Shown piece by piece: positions 25,208 to 36,424 of a stretch of 64,000 nucleotides of DNA. The DNA is from Octopus vulgaris. Taxonomy: Eukaryota. Position 1 is the first letter of the stretch; the number at the start of each line of letters is the position of its first letter. Location of the stretch: assembly GCA_951406725.2 (NCBI GenBank), contig OX597833.1, positions 30,442,001 to 30,506,000 of the forward strand, written 5' to 3'. Below the pieces are notes generated by a model, which saw nothing but the letters and a program-made list of their open reading frames with translations, was not told where the DNA came from and did not search any database. A program made the position numbers and the translations under genes.

Positions 25208-25209
<2 letters not shown>
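25141..25209 (-). ncRNA. 69-bp Penelope-derived hammerhead-only insertion in (TA)n (ribozyme 25171-25208)
   Basis: Identical to 15707-15775; (TA)n on both sides. Confidence 0.82.
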
Positions 25210-25258
<49 letters not shown>

Positions 25259-25310
25259 AAAGTAAGATAGGGGTTATGAATGATATATATATATATATAT
25301 ATATATATAT

Positions 25311-28300
25311 GCTCACAGGCAAGGAACACAGGTACAAGATTTTCTGGGCAGGGAACACTGACGGGGTCGGGGGCGTGGGTATACTTCTTGCGGAGAAATG
25401 AGTAGGTAAGGTAATCGAGGTAGTCAGAGTAAGTGACAGAGTAATTAAAATTAGATTAGTCCTACACCATAGGACAGCTACCATCATCTCGGCATATGCC
25501 CCTCAACCAGGGCTACCGGAAGGACAAAAAGACCAATTCTATGACACCCTATTGCGGACTACTTCGTTGACAAATGACAGTGACCTTCTCTTCGTGGCAG
25601 GTGATTTCAATGGACATGTTGGACGACATGTCGGGGGCTTCCATGGCGTCCATGGAGGCTACGGTTTTGGCTCTCGTAATGAGGAGGGAACCAGGCTGCT
25701 GGAGTTCTGCGATGAAAATGACCTTATGGTCTGCAATACCAACTTCAGGAAACCCACCTCTCACCTAGTCACCTACCGTTCTGGCAGACACACCAGCCAG
25801 ATTGACTACATCCTTGCCAGAAAAAGGGAAAGAGGGCTGATTATAAATGCCAAAACCTTTCCAGGCGAAGAATGTACTCCTCAACATAGATTAGTAGTTA
25901 GCGACATCAGGATCAGAGCTAAATGGTTGCCCAGAAGAAGACCAGCTTGGAGGAGAAGGGTCTGGAAGCTTAAAGATCCTGCAAATGGACAGAGATTTAG
26001 AGACATACTACTCGAAGCCTTTGACGAAATAGAAGGGGATATAGCTTCACTTAATGTGGAAGACAACTGGAGATTCCTACGAGACAATCTGCTGACAGCC
26101 ACTGAACAGATCTGTGGATGGAGCAAAGTACCATCTCGACCCAGAGTAACATGGTGGTGGAACACCGTGGTTGACAGGGCTATTAGACAAAAGAGACAGG
26201 CTTGGAAGGACTGGAAGAACAGTGGTAGCAGGGAATTGTATCAGACAGCCAAAAGGGGAGCTAGGAGACAGGTTTATTTAGCCAGAGGGGAAGCGGATAA
26301 GAAAAAATTTGCCAATGTTCTGAGCCGTGAGGATGAAAAACTTGAGGTATTTCGTGTTGCAAGACAGTGTGTGAGAGAGAATCGTGATGTGGTAGGAGAG
26401 AAGTGTGTTCGCATGGATGATAGTTCACTTGCGCTAAATGAGGATGCAAAGAGAGAGGTTTGGAGATGCCACTATGAAAGGTTGCTGAATAAAGAAAATG
26501 AATGGGATAAAGAGAGTCTGCCGAATGTTGACCCAACAGAGAGACCAGCTATCCGAGTTGATAGTTCCGTGGTAGCTAAGGCAATTAGAAGCATGAAGAC
26601 AGGGAAAGCCCCAGGCCCATCAGGAATTACTGCAGAGATGCTCAAAATATTTGGCAGTGTCGGCTATAACCTAGTCACCCGTATAGTCAACCAGGTGATA
26701 CACGAAGGAGTCATACCCAATGACTGGTGTAGCAGCATACTAGTCAACTGCTACAAAGGTAAAGGTGATGCCCTAGATACAAATAATTACAGAGGTATCA
26801 AGCTGTTGGATCAGGTAATGAAGGTTACGGAGAGGGTCATAGCCCAACTAATTAGAGAGAGTTAGTTTAGATGAGATGCAGTTTGGGTTCGTGCCAGGGA
26901 AAAGCACCACTGATGCTATATTCCTGGTAAGGCAGCTGCAGGAGAAATACCTAGCCAAAGATAAGCCCCTGTACCTGGCTTTCGTTGACATGGAGAAAGC
27001 CTTTGATAGGGTCCCCCGATCCCTCATCTGGTGGTCAATGAGGAAACTAGGGATAGATGAATGGCTGGTGAGGGCTGTGCAAGCCATGTACAGAGATGCC
27101 GTAAGTAAGGTTAGGGTTGGCAACATGTACACAGAAGAATTCAAAGTAGAGGTTGGGGTCCACCAGGGTTCAGTACTCAGCCCCCTCCTATTTATCATAG
27201 TCCTCCAGGCAATTGTGGAGGAATTCAAGACAGGTTGCCCCTGGAAGCTCCTCTATGCTGACGACCTCGCTCTAATTGCTGAGTCACTATCAGAACTGGA
27301 GGAGAAGTTCCAGGTGTGGAAGGAGGGTTTAGAATCGAGGGGCCTTAGAGTCAACCTAGCTAAAACCAAAGTCCTAATAAGTAGAAAGGTAGACAATCCA
27401 CAAATATCCTCAGGAAGATGGCCCTGCTCGATCTGTAGAAAAGGTGTAGGTAGAAACTCTATAAGATGTACCCAGTGTAAGCTATGGACACATAAGAGGT
27501 GCAGCAATGTCAAAGGTAGGCTAACTGGGAAGATAGTTTTTGTATGTGACAGATGCTCGGGAGCATTAACCTCAGAAAATCTGCAGAAAACAACTTCCGT
27601 CACTTTCCAGGGGGAAAAACTAGAAGTAGTTGATAGCTTCCGTTATCTAGGTGACCAAGTCAGTAGTGGGGGTGGGTGCGCTGAAAGTGTAACTGCTAGA
27701 ATAAGAATAGCCTGGGCAAAGTTTAGGGAGCTCTTACCTCTTCTGGTGACTAAAGGCCTCTCGCTCAGAGTAAAAGGCAGACTGTATGATGCATGTGTAC
27801 GAACAGCCATGCTACATGGCAGTGAAACATGGGCCGTGACTGCTGAGGACATGCGTAAGCTCGTGAGGAATGAAGCCAGTATGCTCCGATGGATGTGTAA
27901 TGTCAGTGTACTTACTCGACAGAGCGTTAGTACCTTGAGAGAAATGTTGTACCTAAGAAGCATCAGTTGTGGTGTGCAAGAGAGACGATTGCACTGGTAT
28001 GGTCATGTGGCGAGAATGGATGAAGATAGGTGTGTGAGAAAGTGCCAATCCCTAGCAGTTGAGGGAACCCGTGGAAGAGGTAGACCCAGGAAAACCTGGG
28101 ACGAGGTGGTGAAGCACGACGTTAGGTCTCACCATGGAAATGACTAGAGACCAAGACCTATGGAAGTATGCTGTGCGTGAGAAGACCCGGCAAGAGTAGT
28201 GAAGCCATAACCCGTGGCCCCTACCTGGGACGTAGTCAGTCCACCTGTGCATACCTTCCTTCTTGTGACACTTGTGAAGACCTGTTGAGGCAAGTGAAAA

Positions 28301-28672
28301 TCAATCAAATCAAATCAGATGAACATCAATGGAATTTGTATCCTTGTGGTACCAGTGCCGGTGGCACATAAGAAAACCATCCGAACGTGACCGTAGCCAG
28401 TACCGCATCGACTGGCCTCCGTGCTGAGGGCATGTAACAAACACCATCCGAGCATGGCCGTCTGCCAGCCTCGTCTGGCACCTGTGTCGGTGGCACATAA
28501 AATCACCCACTACACTCTCGGAGTGGTTGGCGTTAGGAAGGGCATCCAGCTGTAGAAACACTGCCAGATCTGACTGGCCTGGTGCAGCCTTCGAGCTTGC
28601 CAGACCCCAGTTGAACCGTCCAACCCATGCTAGCATGGAAAGCGGACGTTAAACGATGATGATGATGATGAT
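25311..28672 (+). mobile_element. Young near-full-length RTE LINE (APE endonuclease, RT with PHD-like insert, repeat-bearing 3'UTR, (GAT)n tail)
   Basis: SAYAPQ, GDFNGHVG, SQIDY, PQHRLVV, APGPSGI, YRGIKLL, DMEKAFD, GVHQGSVLSP, YADDL, FRYLG, RGRGRPRKTW. 5'-truncated; TGA at ~25399; 2-nt deletion at ~26860; 8-nt deletion at ~28120. Confidence 0.97.
25552..28147 (+). pseudogene. RTE EN-RT ORF split by one frameshift (437 aa + 423 aa ORFs)
   Basis: attagagagagttagt here versus attagggagagagttagt in the 48.6 kb copy, i.e. a 2-nt loss in a GA run. Confidence 0.9.
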
Positions 28673-28999
28673 GCATGCATGCATATAAAAAAAATAAGGA
28701 GTAGTTTATGAATTTCAATAATTTAATTTATAATATGACTATTAAAATATGTATTTGTATTATTTTTATTATTATATTACCTATTGATTTATATAATGTC
28801 TAGTCTGATTTTGATGTTCCCATTTGTATAATTAATAAATAATGTAAAATTGTAATATCCATAAATTGATGAATGAGATGAATTTATTTCTCCATTTTCT
28901 TATTTGTATATATACATACACACACATTCACACATATATAAATACTTATATATATATACATATATATATTACATATATTTTGCTTAGGCATTATGTATA

Positions 29000-29903
29000 T
29001 ATCTTTTATCTGTTTCTGTCATTCAACTGTGGCTACGCTGGGGCATCACCTTTGATGGGTTTTTTAGTTGAACAAATTGACCCCAAGATTTATTTATTTT
29101 TAAAGCTTGGTACTTGTTTTTTTTTTTTTGTCTCTTTTGCCAAACTGCTAAGTTACAGAGATGTAAACACACCAACACCAGTTGTCAAGCAGTGGTGGGG
29201 GATAAACACTGATATAAAGACACACACACATAGATATATACTACTACAATACACAAAGAGGCCTACCAAAACAGTAACATCAACCTTGACCTAGTTAGAT
29301 AGAATCCTGATTTCAGACAGCAACTGGTGTGAAACAGGTCAACTTCACAAGCTTAGAGACAGAACTGATTTCAGTTTCAAAGCAACCTCTTCCTGACCCC
29401 TAACTAACAAACAACCAACTGAATTCAGTTCACTTCAAAACTAGCCAAATGGACAGATCTTGAAGAAAATCATGCCCAGTTGCATGTATAACTGCACATA
29501 CTTTGTGCAGTGGAAACATGTGTAGGTTGTATCAACCATAAAAATATGCTGTACGAAATTGTAAAATAAGAGGAAATAAATTTTGAGGATGAGCAAGTCT
29601 CCGTATTCTATATCCTTATAATTATAGTAGCCATAGACATTAAATACTAATTGATGTGGTTAGCCTTTAACTGAGAGCCACCACAATATCCGCCCAGATA
29701 ATATATCCCTCCAAACTCACACTATATATATAAATATATACAATAGATTTATTTTAGTTTCTATCTACCAAATCCACTGACAAGGCTTTGGTCATCCCGA
29801 GGCTATAGTAGGACACACTTGCCCAAGGGATAATGCAGTGGGACTGAATCCAGAACCATGTGGTTGGGAAGCAAGCTTCTTACCACACAGCTGCATCTGT
29901 GCC
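29000..29903 (-). mobile_element. SINE (8991-type) split into tail (~29000-29240) and tRNA head (~29750-29903)
   Basis: Matches 8991-9370 in two blocks separated by ~500 bp of other sequence. Confidence 0.65.
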
Positions 29904-32251
29904 TATGAATTCATTTTATAGAAAAAAATCTGAATTTCTCTGTCGTTTTTTTTTTTTTTTCTACTGCAGGATTTTAATTGTGAAGATTAAAATGAAGAGG
30001 TGGAAGTACATAATTTTTTCTTGAAAAATACGTATTACTAAATGTGGGGATCTAAGACTACTACTTAGTACTTTTCAATTTGATGTCAAAAAGCTGATAT
30101 TTCTGTACAATGTACCTCGATTGCAGTAAAAATAAGAAAAAAAGCATTGTTACAGTTAAGATGTAAATTTACTCTTTCATGTTGTAAAAACAGCAAATTA
30201 ATGGGCTAACTAGGTTTAGTTTTATTTCTGAAATACAATTGTTTTGAATTTGCAGTAGAAAGAGGTGTGTGTTTTGCACTAGGAATGTGGCCTGGGTGGC
30301 AGCCCAAAAATCTCTGGAACCACTGTTCTGTGCAATCATTTGATCTGCTAAAAATAGCAATCAGATCATGAAACTATACCTGACTCTCTTTAAAAAGAAA
30401 GGGCACATTGGATAATGTAGTCCCTAATAATAAGCACAAAAATAGGATGGTCACAGCTTATACATTTTTGATCATATTTTTGCTCAAGCAAAAATTGACC
30501 TGAGACTAAACAACTATGACAAGATACAAAAAGTTGCATTTTCAGTTTTGAAGAAAGTGGTGGGGATTAATTCACACAGTCCATAGAAATGGTAATTACT
30601 TCAATAGAGTAGAAAATTTATACTTTTACATTTCCCATTTATTTTTAACATCTCAATTTCTTAATTCCAACACAAGTGAATAGAATAAGGGGATTATCAT
30701 AATCTTTGTTTTAATGTGTACTTTTCTTTGCTTGCATGGGTTAGTCTAATGACTGAAGCAAGTAAAAGATAAAAGATATATGTGCAGTTATGTGTGTATG
30801 GTTAAAAGTTTCACTTTATAAGGTATTAGTTCACCTAAGGCTATAGTAGACAACCCCTGCCCAAGATGCTGCACATGTTATGCAGTTCCATTTAGATGAT
30901 AAAATCTAGGGAAGAAGCCTGTTGTGTGTGTGTGTCTGTGTTTGCACTATTCTGAAAACTGATGTTGTTAATTCTGTAACCTGTAACTTGTGGTTTAACA
31001 AATAGAGATTTATAGAATAAATGCCAGTCTAAAGTCAGTACTGGAGCCATTATGATTAACACTTCTGAAGACAGTGCCCAAGCATTGTCACAGTCCATTG
31101 ATCGAAACCAATAAAAGAATACATCCAAAGATTAGTTTAAAATTTTGACACAAGGCCAGCAGTTTAGAGGGAGAAGCTAAATCAATTAAATCAACCTCAG
31201 TACTCAGCTGGTACTTATTTTAATACATCCAAATATTTGAGTTAGTAAGTACATGGCATAGAGTTCATTCATATATTTATGATCATGACTCTTCATTCTC
31301 ATGTGTTAGCATCAAAACTACGTATTCACACAAAAATGTATCAGCAGATGTTTAGGGATTGTCCACTCATGCATGTAAGCATTTTAGATTGATGTTTGAT
31401 ATTGAAGATGGTGGTCACTTTGCCATTTGTTATTAATATTTACAAACCAAAAACTATTCACTATCAGTAATCATCTCTCTCTTTTTTTGTGGTTACTAGA
31501 CCTTTTAGAAATAGCCTCTAAAGTTCCCTTAAATTGCATCTATCTCTCATTTTTTGTTGAAATTAACAAATGTTTAAGGCAGAATTTTTGCAACTTAGCA
31601 AGATTCATTAAGCATCTGTCATCAGAAGTACTCTCTCACTTTATATCCTCTCAGATTTTTTCTATCTCATTCCAAATTTTCCATTGCTCTCTATGGTATC
31701 TTGCTTTGTCATCACTTGTCAGTCATCATGTGTGAATTTGCATTACATAGATTTGGGAGTTATTTCAATACAAGAATACATCTGTTGAATGATAAAAGTA
31801 GTTAAGTTTGTTAATACTGAATCACCAATACTTAAACCTCCAGTTCTACATACTATATTATAAGGCATTTATTGTCTTATTTGTTCTTGGCATTTGTCAT
31901 GCAGTTTCATTTCAACTAATCTTTACTTAAAAATTTTACTATTAGACTTGAGTTTAGAATTCATAGCTATAGGTTCAGTCACACTGCATAACACCTTGGA
32001 TGTACTCTCACATAGGCCAACTGAAATCTTATGAATGGAATTTGGTAGATGGAAACTGCAGATGCACATCTTATATGTGTTTATTTCAGAATAGGCTGAT
32101 ACATTGAGTTACATCAGAAAAGTAACACATCCATTCAACAAATAGACATTTATAAAATAAGTAAATTTTTTTAAAATATCTATTTTGGGTGTGTGGATGT
32201 ATATTTTGCATTTTATAATGAAGTAAATTTACATATTTTTTCTATTTTTAG

Positions 32252-33125
32252 TTAAAAGAGGCCATATATCTTTTTAACACTATGCCAGATTGTTTAAAAC
32301 AAGAAGCTGTTCAGTTGTGGAAAGTTCTTTCAGTTGCTATAAAATTTAGTCCTTCTGATCAGCCAACTCCCTCTGATGAGGATCTGCGAGAAGTTGAGTT
32401 GCAGCCAGTAGAAGAAGTAGTGACTTCCTTAACAGAAGCCACAAGTAATGAAAATGATGCATCCAGCTTGATGGTGCTGGCTGATAAATTACGGGTAACA
32501 TACTCTGATCAGACATCAAAGTTGTTGACAGAAGGAAATGGTATCTCTTCGAATGAAGAAGAAGAGGTAACAGAAACAATATTTTGTTACCCAAATATTG
32601 ACATTGTCACCTGTGATGGTACAGGTGAAAAACAGACCATAAAACTACCTCCTCCTATTGATATGGCACGACTTTGTGCAAAAAAAAATGTTTCATGTCC
32701 CAAAAAATTAAAACAACCTTCTGCTAAAAAAAATGATGATGCAAAATTAGAATGCGAGAAAGTGGTTGACATTGAATCAAAGCTGGATGGTAAGAATGAA
32801 ACTAAATCAGATGGCAAAAATGAAAATAATAATTCAGTGTTGCGGAAGAGCAAGCGAATTCGTATACGAAAAGACAAGACAGACTTGTACTTTGATTTAG
32901 AGTTACCTGATGGTCATGGCCCTGCTCGATTGATTAGCACTGGACAAACTAACCTTGGTGACCCTGTTTGTATTGAAGCCTTAGATATCATCTCTAAAGA
33001 AGTTAAAGCCACAATACAGCCACAGATTGAGTATAAAAAGAAGAAAACCAACTTCCAGTCTTCAAATGGTGCCTACACTTGTGAAATATGTGGTGTTGAG
33101 GTTCAATATTTAGCTTCTCTTATTG
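32252..33125 (+). CDS. C2H2 zinc-finger transcription factor, large exon (acidic/basic N-terminal region and first half of finger 1)
   Basis: Acceptor tattttttctatttttAG; open frame LKEAIYLFNTMPDC...YTCEICGVEVQYLASLI; phase 1 donor G|GTAAG. Confidence 0.9.
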
Positions 33126-34109
33126 GTAAGATTTTCCATTTTGTAAATTTTGTAACAATTGATTAAATGGTTATTGATCAGTGTGATTGACAAACAAAAT
33201 TCAGGTTATGTATTAAGTAGATTGTATAGTAAGTATATGGTGGTGATTGCTTGAGATATTTGGATCTTTGACATTAGAATGATTGAGTGTAAAAACTCTG
33301 CTAGTAACAGTTTATAGTGTGTTATAATAGAAACATCACTGCTTGCTTCGGTCTACTTCCTTACAAAAATTATCTACTGCTATTACTGTCTTGTTGAGTG
33401 ATTGTTATTTGGAAAGGAGTCCAATTATAAAAAACCTCTGTACTCTCACAATTTATCTGTTAAGAAAGAAGTTTTGATATAGTTGCAAACTGGTGATGAA
33501 TTTTTGAATTGTTTGAGAGTACATAAAGTTTGAAAGTTTTTCATCAGAAATAGCTTAATTAATACATATGGGCAAGACACAGTATTTTAAAATTATTTGA
33601 AATATTAACAAGAGTCTCATAGACTGGAGTGTGTGTGTGTAATAAAAATTGGACAGTAAGGCTAGGAAGCCTGAATGGTTTATTTAAAAAGGTAGTTGTA
33701 TATTTAGATATAAATGGATGAAGATATGACTGAGTTTTAAAGAAATTTGCTTGTGTAGTATCTTGGGCAAGTGACTTTACTACTGGCTTGAGTCATTCCA
33801 AGCTTTGTGAGTGGAACTGGATAGATGGACTGTTCCAGTAATTCAAAGGTCTGGCCTTGTTGCATGCCACCACAGTGATTCAGCTTGAGAATTATGTACA
33901 GAGAATATGTGTCAGTGTAGGTGTGAGCTCCATACATTTTATCCAATATAAGCTATGGGCACCCAAGACATGTAGTGGAATTGCAGGCAGGCTAGCAGAG
34001 AACATAAGCTCATGATAGATGCTCTAAATCGACACATACTATGAACATAGTAAATAGACTCTCTTCATTGCCCAAATAGCTCACTAGAAATAGTTAATAG
34101 CTTTTGTTA

Positions 34110-34640
34110 TCCAGGAGATGTATTTAGCCAGAAAAGTGGTTGCTCTGAAAGTTTAGTTGCCTGAGTAAGAATAGGTTGAAGAAAGTTCAGGGAGCTACTA
34201 CCTCTGTTGGTAACAAAGGTAAAGACCTTTGAGTGAAAGGTAGATTTATGATGTTTGTGTTAGAATTGCAATACTGCATGGTAGTGAGACATGGGCTTTG
34301 AATACAGAAGACTTGAAAAGATTAAAAAGAAATGAAGCAAGCATGCTCTTTTGGATGTTTTCAAATGACATAGAATGTGCTGAAAGGAAAACTGGGCATA
34401 AACGGAATCAGATGGAGTGCGCAAAAAAGAAGATTGCACTAGTATGGACATTTGATGTGTGCAAATGAGGACAGATGTACAAAGAAGTGATGATGATCAT
34501 GTAATATTGTTAGAGTTCATGGAAGAGAGAGACATGGGAAGAAGTGGTGAAGGCTGACCTCAGGACCATGAGCCTCACAGAGGAGATGACAAAGGATTAG
34601 GATGCTTGGTTCTTGAGAAGACCTGCCCACCTCAGTGTAA
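34110..34640 (+). mobile_element. Degraded RTE 3' ORF fragment
   Basis: KFRELLPLLVTKG, ILHGSETWAL and NEASML motifs. Confidence 0.85.
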
Positions 34641-34675
34641 CTAAGTTTTGGAAGAACTGTGTATATATAGGGAGA

Positions 34676-34843
34676 GAGAAAAAGGAAGCAGTCAGAATTT
34701 TGGATAATTCATTATTAGTGCTTTCATTCATTTATGAACTCAAGAAAAATCAAAATAATTTTGATTTTGTCTTGATGAGCTCATAAATGAACGAAAGCAC
34801 TAATAAAGGATTATCCAAAATTCAAACTGCCTACTTTTTCTCA
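34676..34843. repeat. Imperfect palindrome (~80-bp arms) containing a hammerhead-like motif
   Basis: gaattttggataattcattattagtgctttc...aaaat aa ttttg...gaaagcactaataaaggattatccaaaattc; the right arm has tUGAUGAgctcataaatgaacGAAA. Confidence 0.8.
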
Positions 34844-35099
34844 ATATACAATATCTGTACACCACTTCAAACACTCTATACATATATATATATATGCAGA
34901 AATAGGCATTTCACCCTATATCATCCTCCCTTCTACCTGACATCTCTCTCAATGCAGCTCAACCACTTTATTTTCCCACCTACCAGTACTATCTTACTTC
35001 TTAGTTATTCTTCATCCATTAATATTGTTTTCTCCCTTCAAACATTACATCGATTAATAACCCACCCTTAAATTATCTCACATCATGCACTACACCTGC

Positions 35100-35132
<33 letters not shown>

Positions 35133-35699
35133 ATGTAGCTTACCCAATCACACATCATTTCTTTCTTGTCTTTCTTCTGTCAGCTATATCGTCACTACCC
35201 TATGGTCTCCACTCATTCTCTTCTCCCAACTCATCAGTCATCCACCCTTCAACCCTACTCAATCATTACAGCTGCAGCCTGCCTCCCCTTCCTCCATATC
35301 CTGCTCCTCATATAATCTTGCAACCTCAACTGCCCATTTCTCACCTTGTGCATTCAAGGACTACCTGCACACCTCATCTCCATTGTTTATCTCTTTGCAG
35401 CTCTGACTGATCATTCTCTCCCTCTTTTAAATGTGATTAGGCATGCAGCTTCTCTAGAAGAACCTGCTCTGACCCCCACCCACCCATTCACCACCATCTC
35501 ATACTTTATCCCATCATCCTCTAGCATCAAGCTGCAACTTTTTCCCTCAGGATTCACAGTTTTTGTGAGCTGCATGGTGGCACAAAAAGAGCACCGACTA
35601 TACTCCGTAAAGTGGTTGGCATTAAGAAAAACATTCAGCTGTAGATACCATACCAAGGAAGCCAGTGGAATGTGATGCATCATCTTTAAGATATATTTA

Positions 35700-36081
35700 C
35701 TTAAGCAGGATACAAGCTGAAGTTCTGATTATCTTTTTTCGGTACATTTGTATATGTGTTGAAGAATAAATGTAACTTCATACCAATCAGTTGAGTGAAC
35801 TTCTTTTGCATGTGGTCTAAGATGTTTATGTATGCAACTGCAGCACTGACCCTGAAATGAGAGCAGTACTCCATTGCAGGTTTCACAGTTGTTGTTTAAG
35901 GCCACAGTATTTTCTGTTCCTCCTAAAGAGGAAAGCTACTCTCTTTGATGTGATCTTTACCAAGTTGAAGACCTGTGTTCACCAGGAGACATCTTCAGTG
36001 ATGGTGAGTCTAAGCATTTTTAGAGACATTGAGGATTCTAGTTGCATGTTGTTCCTGTTTAGACAGGGTGGTTACAATAAT
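35700..36081 (-). mobile_element. CR1/L2/Jockey-like LINE, downstream half
   Basis: SLKMLRLTITEDVSW...KPAMEYCSH...LDHMQKK. Confidence 0.75.
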
Positions 36082-36424
36082 CACGTTTATGTATTTGTTT
36101 TGCAAGATTCTTGATGTGAAATCATGTGTTGAAACAGATATTGTTATATTTGGGGATAGTCAATTGGCTGATAAATATGCTTTGATCTTCACTTTATTAT
36201 TATCATTATTATCATTATTATTAGTTGATTTGTCAGTTCTTTACATTCTGTGACCTCTTCAATATCTATTCTTTGTATCTCTTCTCTCTGGTATTGTCCT
36301 CCCTGTTCCATCTTCCTGTGGTATACCAGAGAAAGACAAGATGGAATAGAGGAGTTAAGACCAGAGAGAAAAGGGAAACACAAAGAACAGATAATCATTG
36401 AAGAGGTCACAGAATGTTTGATGA

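Noticed and set aside
29946-30006. Strong polypyrimidine/AG acceptor at 29969 as an extra coding exon
   Set aside because: Phase 0 frame hits TAA after six codons and nearby donors are weak or out of phase; it could only be a non-coding or cryptic exon.
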